Assembly: GCA_964016885.1 (NCBI GenBank) | Contig: OZ024743.1 | Coordinates: 121,210,001 to 121,274,000, forward strand | Origin: Eledone cirrhosa | Taxonomy: Eukaryota | DNA length: 64,000 nucleotides | Direction of reading: 5' to 3' | Part shown: positions 41,866 to 55,650 of the stretch, one piece after another | Layout: each line of letters begins with the position of its first letter | How positions within the stretch are numbered: position 1 is the stretch's first letter | The notes under the pieces: model-generated | Seen by the model: the letters and a program-made list of their open reading frames with translations, nothing else | The model's database searches: none | What the model was told of the DNA's origin: nothing | Made by a program: the position numbers and the translations under genes

Positions 41866-42637
41866 GAACCAAATAAATATTTTTAAAAAGACTCCAGTTG
41901 CATTTTCGATGTCATGTCTTTTTCCTTATACTTTCACTCGTGTAGCACATCTCGTTTTTTTTTTTATTTTGTATAAAAACCTCATTTTCTAATATATATA
42001 TATATATAATATATTATGATATATTAATATATATAAACGTAATACTAGCTTTTCCCATGTTAAAAGATGTTTTTTAAAAAGCTGACAATCATGAAAAAAA
42101 TAGTTCAAAGGTAATTCACAAGATAAGGAAACCTATTTCATAATTCACTGAACAATTCGGTTTGAGGAGAAAGAGATTCACAAGATTAAATGGAACTAAA
42201 AGGAGTTTCAGTTAATTTGAAACTATTATTGAGAAAAACCTTTATCTCTTTTATTGAAAACCTTTGATTCTTTAAAGAATTTTATAAATTTGTAGAATCC
42301 AGACTGTTGAGAGATAAAGCATTAATAGAAATAAAATCATCCTCATAACGTGTGGAAACCAGAATGCCAAGAGGTAACTCGTTCATTCAAATATTGAAAC
42401 GGCCCAGGAGCAACTATCGTAGGAATTATGAACACTATAGTAACAATCCCTCAGTATGCACAACGTTTTTAGTTTTACCAGTTGATGCTTAAATAATTCA
42501 GTATAGATGATTCCTGCCCAAGAGCAAAGCAGGTCTGCACATCTGTTTCGGCTGCCCTCAAAGCTCATTTTCGTATGGTGATAATAGACGTTGTATGTGA
42601 GCAACATCTGTTCCATGATACTATTAGAGAAAGCATA

Positions 42638-42860
42638 AGGGCGGTGGATTGGCAGTATGGGTAGAGTGGCGGACACCATGCTTTGCAGCATAGAGTTACG
42701 GCCCTTCTCGTTCTGTTTTCAAATCCCGCCGAGGTTAACTTTGCCTTTCATCCTTACGGGGTCGATAAGGTAAAGTACCAGTCACGCACTGGCGTCGATT
42801 TAATCGACTTTACCTTTCCCCAAAATTGCTGGTTTTGTGCCTATATAAGAAACCATTATT
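42638..42860 (+). mobile_element. SINE copy (long form)
   Basis: Family motifs including the GTCGATTTAATCGAC hairpin. Confidence 0.9.
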
Positions 42861-43825
42861 AAAGGAAACAATTAATATAAACAAAAGCCAATTTAAGTTA
42901 CAAAGAAACTGAAGAGTTGTATCTCTAAACAGAAATGCAATTGTATGGTAAAAGAAAGACACAAATATCAAAGATTGGCATGTGGATTTAATTTCTAGTT
43001 CGAGAGACAGATGATATCAATATACAAAGTGTTTAAATCGTCACTTAAGTGAGATTACATGAAAGAAGAAGAGATATACACGTTTGGAGAGATACAAAAC
43101 GTGAGAGGGAGGAAAAGAAAAGAATGAAAGAAGGGGGGGATGAAGAATAGAAGTAAGATTTTGTAGCATGAAGCAGGAGGTTAAAATGAAACTGAAAGTT
43201 AGCGGAAGTGGTAACGACTAGGTGGTCATTATAATTGTGAGGCGCCTTTTAGACTTTGGTGATCGATAAAATAATTACAGCCAAGTAATGATCGATATAA
43301 CTAATTGGTCCTCCTACTAAAATTGTTGGTCTTGTACCTATGCAAAACAACACAATTGCAGTTTTAGGTTAGTATACCGACTGAAACTAAGCTAATATGA
43401 AATAAAGTGTTGCGAGAGAGATCAAAGCAAGACAGAAAGAAAATACAAAGATCGCAAACTAGCGGAAAATGCAAGTGAAAATAACAGATATATATAATAT
43501 AAAGGTAGATACATAGAACACATGGATTCGGCACTGTGGTGGAGGTGGAAAATCAGGTGATGGTTACAGACAAATGAAGAAAGGTGAGATATAAGCGTGA
43601 TGAGAACTAGTTTAAAAATATCAAATGGATTACGCATTTATTTTCGAAGCACTCTCAATCAATATATCAAAAAGAGAAAGAAAACAGTTAACCGGGGATT
43701 TAATACAATATATATTTAGTTTAATGTTTCAAATAAAGGTTAAATCACATTTTATGTTCGCACAATAAGGACAAATTCAACTGCAGTGATATGAAAATAC
43801 ATAACTCTAAAGGAAACCCCCTTAA

Positions 43826-44266
43826 ATAATGGTTTCTGATTTAGGCACAAGGCCAACAATTTTGCGGGAGGGGAAAGTCGATTAAATTGACCCCAGTACG
43901 TGACTGGTACTTTATTTTATCAACTCCGTAAAGCTGAAAGGCAAAGCTAACCTCGGCGGGATTTGAACGCAGAACATGAAGGGATGTAACTATATGCCGC
44001 ACAGCATGTTGTCCGACGCTATACTGATACTGCCAATCCACCGCCAATAATGATTTCTAGTATAGGCACAAGGCCAGTAATTGGGGGGGGGGGTCGGAAA
44101 GTCGATTAAATCGACCCCAGTGCGTGAGAGGTACTTCATTTTATCAACCCCGCAAAGATGTAAGGCAAGCTAACCTCAGCAGGATATGAACACAGAACAT
44201 AAAGGGACGTAACTATATGCCGCACAGCATGTTGTCCGACGGTCTCCCGATACTGCCAATCCACGA
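43826..44266 (-). mobile_element. SINE tandem dimer (long form)
   Basis: Two reversed copies. Confidence 0.9.
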
Positions 44267-44915
44267 CCAATATTAAATGCAACTACTCCAAAATACAGCA
44301 GCACGTATGATTCGAACGGACAATCAACTGGCTATTACCAATTTCTCTACACAACCTACCACAATTGCTTTATCAATAGAACGGTCCAATCAATCGAGCT
44401 ATCTCGCTTCTAATGCTTTGACCACAGAGATTAGGAAATACTTTGCAACACAATCTCACACAAACTTTTAGAACCATGTAATAGATAATGAGTTGCTATA
44501 ACTCCGATTAACTGGTTTTATGCTATGAGAAGACGCAACGCTTCTATTACGAAAGGATGAATCCTCGATATGTAAACATAAAGGTAAATTATATGTATTT
44601 TGATAAATACAGCTTTTGATAATAGAGGACCAAAAGACTGTTAATTCTTTTAATTCAAAACATACAGTGCATTAATATACAGACGAGAAAACCATATATT
44701 CTCGCCTGTTTTCAAGTCCAGATGTCGCAAGAGTGGGAGGGATCGTCCGGATAAGAACCAGTTAAGTTCGAAATGCATCGACGATTGTCCCCCTTGCTTC
44801 TGTTGGGCAGAACCAGAGGGCGATAGCCCCGTTGTTTTGCATAGCTACGGCTTTCCAAATGTTTATATATAAACATACCATATTTTTTTAAAATACGAAA
44901 TTTCAATACATGTAA

Positions 44916-44971
<56 letters not shown>

Positions 44972-45039
44972 TGAGTTAAGAACTCAGAGTAGTCTCTTAC
45001 AATTAAATAACTCTAAGAAAAAAGCTTTTCCGAGCCGTA

Positions 45040-45400
45040 CAATATAATTGAATAAACAAGAGAGATGAACACTAATATAAACATACATGTGTTCGAATTG
45101 TAAGGACCAAATTTGCTAGGGTGAAAAAGTACTAACTACAGCAATATGGTTTGTTATCCTGAGAAACTTGAGAACTTCACTAAATGTGTTGCGAAACGGT
45201 CTCCAATACTGTCTAGTTGTTATCAGGCGTTTTTACCAATATAGGTCTGTTATTTTTCTTAAATGTTCTTAATTTAATATTTAAAGTTAAGGATAACAAA
45301 CCTTATTGCTGTAGTTAGTATTTTTTCACCCAAGCAAATTTGGTCCTTACGATTCGAACACATGTATGTTTATATTAGTTTTCATCTCTCTTGTGTATTC

Positions 45401-45406
<6 letters not shown>
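45040..45406. mobile_element. Fold-back cassette with a degenerate U3-A8 HHR in the spacer (45165-45218, plus)
   Basis: 45042-45160 is the inverse of 45290-45406. Spacer reads AAC-TTGAGAA...GAAA-CGGT ctccaat ACTG-TC. Confidence 0.7.
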
Positions 45407-45432
<26 letters not shown>

Positions 45433-45435
<3 letters not shown>

Positions 45436-45786
45436 TTTGTTGGTTCACCATTGGATAGAACTGGTCATTCCGTATAGTCAACCTTGATGTAATAATAGGC
45501 AGAGCACTCGACGTAATGCAACTCACCCGTCTTCGTTTGTGTTGTTGGTGTTGCGAGTACTGAGTTAATTATTATAAAATAACAGGAGGCTGGACTACTG
45601 CAATTCCTTAAAAGGTTTATTATACTATGATAATTTCAGTGACCGGGTTCAGTATGAATCCGGTGACATCATCAGGTATTCGAAATTTAACAAAGGAATA
45701 TAATAGACAAAATCCATGTGGCTGATAAGCAGAGACATGAAGGCGGCCGAACATTTAGCAGCTTCAACCCCGGTCGGCCGCCCTCA
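45433..45786 (-). mobile_element. Family C pLTR-like unit with an HHR-like motif at 45638-45680
   Basis: Inverse of 48490-48830. Core CTGATGA...GAAC CCGG TC. Confidence 0.75.
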
Positions 45787-45889
45787 TATATAGAGAAGTC
45801 ATTTCTATTTTAAACTTGATGGTTACACTTAACTAATGTATTCAGTACCTTACTGAGTGTGGTACCCACCGATTGAACACACACACAAA

Positions 45890-45928
<39 letters not shown>

Positions 45929-45938
45929 ATATATATAT

Positions 45939-45996
<58 letters not shown>

Positions 45997-46052
45997 AATA
46001 TATATAAGTTGAGCACTATACAGTTTTCATATATTATAATATATCTATATCT

Positions 46053-46127
<75 letters not shown>

Positions 46128-46132
<5 letters not shown>

Positions 46133-46402
46133 CTTTAAGTCGTTTGGAAGCCTCGACAATGCAGATGTGTAAATCTCCGGGTAACAAGATCCGGTGGTGG
46201 AGAGAGAGATGTAAGTGGGTGTACGTTGAGATGCGTGGCGTGTATAAGACTGTAACGTGTAGAGGAATGAAGTTACAGTCTTATACACGCCACGCATCTC
46301 AACGTACACCCACTTACATCTCTCTCTCTCCACCACCGCATCTTGTTACCCGGAGATTTACCCATCTGCATTGTCGAGGCTTCCAAACGACTTAAAGAAA
46401 TT
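46128..46402. repeat. TA-flanked palindrome (about 128-bp arms, 15-nt spacer)
   Basis: 46130-46256 is the inverse of 46272-46401. No convincing intact HHR. Confidence 0.9.
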
Positions 46403-46435
46403 TACCTTATTATTCCACAATGCTTCAAGCACTCT

Positions 46436-46509
<74 letters not shown>

Positions 46510-46634
46510 TTATATTTAATTTGTTGGGATTCAACAAGCCTAAAAGTTTTATAACTGATATAAAGCACTCAACAGTTAAGTGGAGTAAATGTTCAATATA
46601 TTAATAAATGGAAACTATATTTATAAAACCATAA

Positions 46635-46990
46635 GGAAAGTATATACTTTCAAACGTTCAATCAACTGACAGGAAAGTGTGCGGTACTGATGACAGGTAA
46701 TGAGCTAGAAACTGGTTCATCGTTCCTTTGTCAGTGTTGAACAAAAGGGCAACGATGGTTGCCGAACACTGTACGGCTAATAATTCAGGCTGTTTGTTTA
46801 CAAACAAACCGAGCCATATAGGAATGTTCGGTAAACCCATACGTACATATATATATATATATATATGTGTACATGTATGTATGTATATACATACTACTGT
46901 ACGTCTGTGTATATATATGTATATACGTATACATACTTATATTTAAGTATCAGCCGTACTAAGAGTGAGAAACGGTATTTCATTTTTTCC
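46635..46990 (+). mobile_element. Copy of the 433-bp HHR unit (HHR at 46682-46722)
   Basis: CTGATGA-CAG gtaatgag CTA-GAAA-CTGG-TT-CATCG. Homologous to 32435-32750. Confidence 0.75.
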
Positions 46991-47019
46991 ATATATATAT
47001 AAATATATATAAATAAATA

Positions 47020-48832
47020 TATAATAAAATAACAGGGGGCTGGACTGGTGTAATTCCTTGAAAGGTTTATTATACTATGATCAATTCAATGACCGGTTTC
47101 AGTATGAATCTGGAGACATCATCAGGTATTCAAAATATAACAGAGGAATATAATAGACAAATTCCATGGGGCTGAAAATCAGGGACATGAGGGTGACCGA
47201 ACAATTAGCACCTACTACCCTGGTCGGCCGCCCTCAAGTGTTGAAGTTAAAAGTTATGATTAAGCCTAGAATATTTATTTATTTATGTATTTATTTACTC
47301 GCTTTACTCTCATTATATACTTATCATTGCACACGACCCTAGAATATTACTCACTGTACCGTTGTAAACGAAATTACTCGGAACGGCTGCTTCTCCCTGG
47401 GGCCCTGTCAGACCTGGAACCGGCTGTGCCACCGGTTATTGACCGCCAAATAGTACCTTTAAATTCTAGGCTTAATCATAACTGGGGACTAAATATAGTC
47501 TATTTGCACATTTCATCAGATTTTACCACTTTGAACTTCACATCACGGGTGTGAATATCTAATAATTGTTTGGTACACGCGATGATCCCGACTGCACGCC
47601 AGGCGCTCGGGTCGATCAGCCTTCCTTGAGTGCTTGGAAAAATAAATTTCCCCTTTTCTCGGTAAACGAAATTACTCGGAACGGCTGCTTCGCCCTTGGG
47701 CCCTGTCAGAATTGGAACCCGCCGCGCCACCGGTTATTGACCGTCAAATAGTACCTTTAAATTCTAGGCTTAATCATAACTTTTAACTTTATCATTCCTC
47801 CTTCTACTAGAACTTAACTAAATTCCCCACCAGTGTGAATAACTAGTAATCGTTTGGTATATACGATGGCCAGTCGACGGTGGCGCACTTCCCGCTAACA
47901 CACACGACGCTTAAGACAGTTACATTCCTGGAGTGTTCGGAAAAATATATTTCCATTTCTTTCGCTAGACGATAATACACGGAACGGCTGACACGCCGTT
48001 GGGCCACGGGCTGGCCGGGGGACCGCGACGTCGCTGGTTATTGACCGCTAAGCATGGGCCTAATCTTTACTCTATATTCTACACAGAAACTGTATCGTGA
48101 CTATCTATAATACACTTAAACTTTTTCATAAAAGCCTCCTTCTGTAAATTCTTTAACTAAATCTCATAACTTTAAACTTAAACCTTATTTTTCTAATTTC
48201 ATCTTAAATGGCATCTTCTAACTCTAAACATAAATTTAACGTTTCTAATTGTTAATCGAAATTTCTGTCCATACATTATACCATGCAGACGCCCACTATA
48301 TATGGCTTTGTTGAAGATATATGTTCTTTGAAAATTCAATTTTCGCGGCACATTCTAGCACGCATGACCAGCTTGATTGTAACCTGATCTCAACGCTGGC
48401 CTCTGTCTTTGACGGAGTGGTAGTATCACACTATAAGCCTACACCCCTTCACCAGATGGACATAAGTAGGCTTAATAATCAACACTTGAGGACGGCCGAC
48501 CGGGGTAGAAGGTGCTAAATGTTCGGCGCCCTCATGTCTCTGATTTTTAGACCCATGGATTTTGTCTATTATATTCCTTTGTTATATTTTGAATACCTGA
48601 TGATGTCATCGGATTCATACTGAACCCGGTCATTGAAATGATGATAGTATAATAAACCTTTTAAGGAATTACACCAGTCCAGTCTCCTGCTATTTTATAA
48701 TAATCAACTCCGTACTCGCCCCAGCAACTACACAAACGAAGACGGGTGAGTTGCATTACGTTAAGTGCTCTCCATAATATTACGTCGAGGTTGACCATAC
48801 GGAATGAGCAATTCTAAACCAAAAAACCTAAA
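47020..48832. mobile_element. Non-coding element with inverted family C termini (HHR 47088-47130 minus; 48592-48634 plus) enclosing about 300-bp tandem repeats
   Basis: 47021-47243 is the inverse of 48480-48702. Left core CTGATGA..GAAA CCGG TC is intact. TA/GA tracts on both sides. Confidence 0.75.
47330..48080. repeat. About 2.5 diverged tandem copies of an about 300-bp GC-richer unit
   Basis: CGGAACGGCTG...GGTTATTGACCG recurs at about 47379, 47677 and 47980. Confidence 0.8.
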
Positions 48833-48843
48833 TAAATAAAATA

Positions 48844-48937
<94 letters not shown>

Positions 48938-49039
48938 AATCCCATCTAGGGTTTTCTCACTCTTTTTGGAGGAACTCTCCCTGGTTGACCACCACCGCCT
49001 TCTACTTGGTCTTGGTCATATCAGGGGTGTAGTTGGAAT

Positions 49040-49453
49040 ATATATATATGGTTTTTGATATGAAATCGTGTGTCGAAACAAATATTGTTATACTTGGGGA
49101 GGGTCATATTGTTATAATATTGCCAGAAATAATAACACAACACACTCACTCTTTGGTTTGGTTTGGTTTGGTTTGGTTTGGTTTTCGCTTCTGTATCTTT
49201 TATATCTCCATAGTTCATTTATTTGGCAATCAAATTTTGCAAATGTGCAACGAAAGAACTTTGATAGATTATATATATATATTTATATCTGTAGTTTTGA
49301 CCGCTGCTCAATCAATGATAAACATTGATTGCCAAATAAATTAACTATGGAGATATAAATGATACAGAAGCGAAAACCAAAGCAAACCAAACAGTAAGTG
49401 GGTTCTGTTATTATGTCTGGCAATATTATAACAATGTGCTCCTCCCCAAGTAT

Positions 49454-49460
<7 letters not shown>
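49040..49460. mobile_element. Fold-back cassette related to family B
   Basis: 49083-49232 is the inverse of 49326-49460. Confidence 0.75.
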
Positions 49461-49485
<25 letters not shown>

Positions 49486-49491
<6 letters not shown>

Positions 49492-50407
49492 ACTAGAAAT
49501 TGATTGACATACATAACACATGAAACAATCACAGGGGATAATTTGTAAAGTGTGTAATTACACATAGTTATGTAGGTAACTAATTAAAGTTTAACTAGAG
49601 CTTCAAATTTTACCTTTTCAAAAAATGATTAATCCTCCTTGTATATATTTCATTAAAGAAATATATTTCACCGTTAATCCGTAAAGTCACAGTAGTCAAA
49701 TCTTGGATCTTCAACAAGGGGGAAGATTTAACGATCTGTGTTTACACATCTAATGCAAATTAGTTGATATAAAATGCTCGGATCTATTCATTGGAATCTT
49801 TGAGCTTATTCTACGGTGGATATGGCGCATGTCTCGAATATGACTCCTTTAATTTGATTTAATTAAATTAATTTTAGATATATAAACGGCTCCTTAATTG
49901 TAGAGCTTATTCAGTTGAAAGGACCCTGCTGCTATTTATAGATGTCGATCACCCTATTCACGCCAATGTAGTGACGCTAGCATGTTAGAAATGCAACACG
50001 TGCGATGGTCACTCGCAGATTTGCATTAGATGTGTAAGTACAGATCGTTAAATCTTCCCCTTGCTGAAGATCCAAGATTTGACTACTGTGACTCTACGGA
50101 TTAACGGTGAAATATATTCTTTAATGAAATATATACAAGGAGGATTAATTATTTTTTAAAAAGGTAATATTTGAAGCTGTGAAGCTCTAGTTAAACTTTA
50201 ATTAGTTACTTACATAACTATGTGTGATTACACACTTTACAAATTATCCTCTGTGGTTGTTTAATGTGTTTATTTTAAATATATGTATGTCAATCAATTT
50301 CTAGTTGATATAAAATGCTCGGATCTATTCATTGCAATCTTTGAGCTTATTCTACGGTGGATATGGCGCATGTCTCGGACATGACTCCCTTAATTTAATT
50401 TAATTAA

Positions 50408-50420
<13 letters not shown>
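49486..50420. mobile_element. Inverted plus partial-tandem cassette (49486-49760/50020-50311 inverted; 49761-49880/50301-50420 direct)
   Basis: Direct sequence matches. HHR-like CTGAAGA-TCC...CGGT-GAAA-TATA-TT at 50064-50118. Confidence 0.8.
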
Positions 50421-50474
<54 letters not shown>

Positions 50475-50519
50475 GTATGTTCTTCTGGTTTTGTAATTTC
50501 ACAAAATTTTACCAATACA

Positions 50520-52500
50520 GAGAGAGTTGGTTTCTAACATAGACACAAGACTCTTTCATTGGAATTTACACAACATGAACTAGGTAGATATGTATGTATG
50601 CATGCATGTCTAGATATGGATGTTATTGTATGTGTGGATGTATATGTTTTGAGTTGTATGTGTGCATGTGTATATGCTTTGTATCTGTACATGTGTATAT
50701 GCAGTTATTAGATGCAACATTTTTGGAATGTTTTACATATTTTTACTGTTCCATTAATGGATTGTACTTGTAATTTCCTAACTAGTTGTGTTCTTTCTGT
50801 TCCTGTGAAGCCTAGCTTCTCAAGATTTGTATTGAGGCAGTTACTAACATATCCCAGTGCCCAAATAATCACAGGCATAAATCTGAAGGTGTAATCAGGG
50901 TGGAGTATCTGCAGATTTCTCATCAGTTCTGCATAAATATTCTCCTTTTCGCTAATCTTTGATATTATAGTGGCATCTGCTGGGCAGCTAATTTCCACTA
51001 CTGTGCATGTTTTCTTCTCCCTGTCCCATATCATAATATCTGGTCTATTATGCCCGCATTTTATTGGGGTTTTTACTGGAACATTCCACCAGTACTCTTT
51101 CATATTATGTACATGGATGTCTTCCACATTGTTGTAGCTTTTAATGTGTTTATTATCGGGGCTATCTTTTTTACGAACTGCATTGTACAGTGTTTTGGCC
51201 ACTACATCATGCCTCATAGGTAGATAGTACCGCGATGACATCTTTGGACAGCTGCTGATGACATGGGTGATATCCTCGATGTTAGTTCTGCAGAGTCTGC
51301 ACTTGTTATCACATCTAGGTGTTTTGCCTGCATCCCTATCTCTTTTGTGAATCAGGCATTTCGTGCTAATCTCCTGTTCCTGGATTGCAAAAGCGTATCC
51401 TTCAAAGTGAGATGAAATATAGCGGTTGTTGGTCCAAGATAGACTACTTTCCTTATCTATATTACTCTCACTCTGGAGCTTCCTGGCAACATATCCATGC
51501 ATGATTTTTTTGCTGATAGGCATGCAGTTTTTCATCCATGGATTCACTGCGATACTGCTGAGCGACATCCCTGGGTTAAAGTTTTTGATTATCACACAGG
51601 GAATATCTCTCAAAGAGTTCCTTCCCAACTCTCATGATCTTATCTGTTTCATGCAGATAGACTTGCTCGAGAAACGGGCTCCTACGCTTCGAGGTTCGTA
51701 GATGTTGTCGGAGAGATATGATGCGACATTCAAATGTTGTCTGGACTGATGTTAGGCCTCTGCCTCCCTGCTTACGTTTCAAGTAAAGGCGGTCTATGTT
51801 ACTGTTGATGTGGAAGTTTCCGGTGTCGTTAAGTATTTTTTGAGTTCCAACATCAACTGCTCGGATTTCGTCTATCGTGCAAATGAGTATTCCAAAAGTT
51901 GGTGTTAGGACAGGCACAGCAAACACATTGTGAGCCACTGTTTTGTTTTGCGCAGAGGGTTCCGATGACCACATCTTTCTTAATCGGGTGCAGTATTCCC
52001 TGGTAACGCGTTCCTTATTACACATACCATTATAAGATATGTTCTCATCTATCCCCAGGTATCTGTAACAGTATGCTCATCAGATATCGGTGAAACAGTT
52101 AGGCCATTGATGACAATGTTGCTAGATTGGTTTGTTGTTTTTCCCCGCTTTACAGTCATGTATGAGCATTTATCTTGGCCAAACTCCATTCCTGTATCCT
52201 TTGAGAATGTTGTGACCAGGTCAAGATTTTTCTTCATCCCATCCATGTTCTTGGCATCGAGATTCAGATCGTCCACAAAAGAATTATGAGTTAGGTTCGT
52301 ATTTCTGTCCTCCTGTGAGCCAATGATGTATCCCTCACATTTCTTGAGCAGAAAGGACAAGGGGTTTAATGACAAGATTAATAATATCACAGAGAGACTG
52401 TCCCCTTGAAATATACCGCTGCAATATATTATTTTATCAGTGAAAATAGAGTCCTCCCTCTCTGTCTTTAACCTTAGGATAGTAGCCCAAGAAGAGGACA
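50520..52500 (-). mobile_element. RLE-type (R4-related) LINE 3' part, second family
   Basis: SGIFQGDSLS, FVDDLNL, RLYLKRKQGGRGL, CRLCRTNIEDITHVISSC..RHD and RPDIMIWD..VEISCP. Frameshifted. Confidence 0.9.
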
Positions 52501-52921
52501 GCCTTTCTATGTATGTATGTATGTATATATATATATATATATACATACATACATAATACCTGCAACCCTGATATAACACCTGTAACCCTGATGGTATCCA
52601 ATGATGTTGACTTGTTCTTCTTTTTGGTAAATATCATCTTGGTTAAGAGAGTGGGACTGGCTTTGTGCAGTGCCTTTGCTCACTATAAAAGCTTCACGGA
52701 ATAGGCATTGCTTTATATCTGGAGATCTCTCTGCACTTGTTGTCACATGGTACCATGGACCCACCACTATGTGTCAGTAATTGTCACAAGTGTAGTGTTT
52801 GTACCAGAGTTTTCAAGTCGCTGGCTGGACTAAAAAGTCACGCTCGCTCAGCGCCTCGGTAGGGGTTCTCCTACATGGATTTAAAGTAGTGGCCATACTC
52901 GAAAACGAGTTGGCAGCCACC

Positions 52922-53052
<131 letters not shown>

Positions 53053-53451
53053 CCAACTATATCCGTGACATAAACAAAATGAAATAGAAAGCAGTGTAGG
53101 TCAACCAAGGAAGAACCTTTCTGTATCTGAATTGTAATTATGAATGAATACGCCGATATGTAATCATATATATATTTTATATTTTCAAAAAGCTTTTTGA
53201 AAGTGATTCAGCACAGGAAGTAAACAATACCCGGGAAGCATATAAATTTTTCGCAAAAGGCTGACGATTGATGGTGCACGGTAGATTAAACTGCTAAGAT
53301 TAATCATTGAACTGTGTACCAAAAAAACCATATGCTTGGTTGCCATATGTTAAGTAATATGATATTATGATATAACAGATACACATATATATATACATAT
53401 ATATACACACACATATGTAATTAACTATGGAGATATAAAAGATACAGAAGC

Positions 53452-53528
<77 letters not shown>

Positions 53529-54047
53529 CACTCTCATATGTAATATAGTAAGTAGAAAATTAACGGTGATATTTCTTGTAACTAGGGAACAAAATCGCTC
53601 TTTAAAGGATTTTGAAGTCTATAAACAGCAATAATATCAGCTAATCCAATTATTTCTGAAATATATCCAATGCACTTAGGAGTCGATCTTCTAACTGCAA
53701 CAATCAACTCATTTGATTGATGTTTTCAACTCTCTATATTGCATATATAAGGCTAACGCCCCCACCCCCTCTCTTTCTGTTTCTCTTTCTCTCTCTTTCT
53801 GTCTCACTCAAAAGAGTTCATAGCTTCATTAACCTATGAAGGATTTCAGACCTTCACAGTCACATCTTCAGAGTTACAATGCCAATCTTTATATATTTAG
53901 CAGTCAAATTCGGGAACTGTTCTACAACAAACATAAAAAAACTAAAATAATTTATAATAAAAAATATCAAAGCTGAAGATAGTTGTGCCTACAATATAAT
54001 ATCTGAATGCAAAGCTGTTCGGTATTTACACCCAACCCTCCATATAT

Positions 54048-54112
<65 letters not shown>

Positions 54113-54116
<4 letters not shown>

Positions 54117-54575
54117 TTGTTAAACAGTATTAAGTTGTTAAACAATATTCGATGATTATGTCAAAGAATGAGTTTTACAGTAGATTGGAAGCACTCAACG
54201 ATAATATAATTTTCACGAGTTATTAATATTAAAATATAAGTATTAATAAAATAGATGTTCTTTTGATCAATTACATTTTATTATACATATTTCGGATGTA
54301 CAACAGTACGTCCTCATCAGACAAAATATAATGATACATGACATACCCTGAGATGTTAAATGGTTAAGATTTAATCAAGGTACCTTGATTGTACATCCGA
54401 AATATGTATAATAAAATGTAATTGATCAAAAGAACATCTATTTTATTAATACTTATATTTTAATATTAATAACTCGTGAAAATTATATTACCGTTGAGTG
54501 CTTCCAATCTACTGTAAAACTCATTCTTTGACATAATCATCGAATATTGTTTAACAACTTAATACTGTTTAACAA

Positions 54576-54578
<3 letters not shown>
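54113..54578. mobile_element. TA-flanked fold-back HHR cassette
   Basis: 54113-54303 is the inverse of 54389-54578, nearly identical. The right arm begins in HHR loop II. Confidence 0.92.
54276..54326 (-). ncRNA. Type I hammerhead
   Basis: TTTTGT-CTGATGA-GGACGTAC tgtt GTACATCC-GAAA-TATGTA-TA-ATAAAA. Confidence 0.85.
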
Positions 54579-54643
<65 letters not shown>

Positions 54644-54664
54644 TAGTTGCACAACTTCACTAAG

Positions 54665-54707
54665 ACCGAGCTGAAGAGCCGCATAAGGTGAAACATTTGT
54701 TCTCGGT
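54665..54707 (+). ncRNA. Type I hammerhead
   Basis: ACCGAG-CTGAAGA-GCC gcataa GGT-GAAA-CATTTG-TT-CTCGGT. Confidence 0.88.
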
Positions 54708-54924
54708 ATGATGAACTAACTGTTGTGGAACTACTTCTACCAAACTCGTCACATGGACTGAGTGCTCTCCTACTACGGATATAACTCTCCAGCGTTCTAC
54801 TATTATATATATATATATTACCCACTCTACTACCCAAAGTATCCAGTACTCAGGTGCGTTATGGTCCACCTGGTTCCTTAGCATACTTCCTTCGTTATAT
54901 ATATATATATATACACACACACAG

Positions 54925-54972
<48 letters not shown>

Positions 54973-54986
54973 TTATGTGTGTGTGT

Positions 54987-55650
54987 AGTATGTGTTTTTG
55001 TATATCTAGCGATATACAGTATGATTAGGAGTAAACATTTTGAAAATCTTCAACTATGAATTTGGAAACTGATAGTGTTGCGCCATCTACCGGATTCCAG
55101 CAGGATCTAAGGGCAAAATCCCATACTTCATGTACACAGCAATGTTAAATCTATCTATCACCTTAAATTTATTTTCCGGCTGAGCCAGCCGATAGCTCTA
55201 TATGCAAATGAAGTTAATCAACTCATGTACATAGATGTCTAAACTATATATTTTCGCCTACATTAAGTTCCACCTGAGATCAGGGTAAGGTACACTGGTT
55301 TCATAACGACCAGAGTCAGAAATGATGATGTATTTGTCGTATGTTACCCACCCTTAGCTTCTGCTGGAATCCGTTAGATGGTGCTACCTCATCATTGTCC
55401 AAATTCATAGCTGAAGGCTTTCAAAATATGTATTCATAAACATGCCGTATATATCTAGATATACAAAAACACATACTTCATATACAGAGCTATGTTAGAG
55501 CAAACACCTTCATTTTATTTTCCGGTCAAGCCAGCCGGTTGCTGTATATGAAAATGGGGCTAATCAGTATATCTACATAGGTGTCTAAACTATATGTTTT
55601 CGACTATATTGAGGTCCAGCAGAGAGCAGGGTAAGGTGATAACGACCAGA
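54987..55650. repeat. Inverted (54987-55110/55353-55478) plus direct (55168-55313/55513-55650) repeat cassette
   Basis: Diverged but alignable. Same architecture as 49486-50420. Confidence 0.65.

Larger units (their letters stand above)
41657..41930. mobile_element. Near-perfect palindromic HHR cassette
   Basis: About 130-bp arms around a 10-nt spacer near 41789-41798. TA tract on the left. Confidence 0.9.

Noticed and set aside
44277-44471. LQLLQNTAARMI resembling an L2/CR1 RT C-terminus
   Set aside because: A single short motif; too little support.
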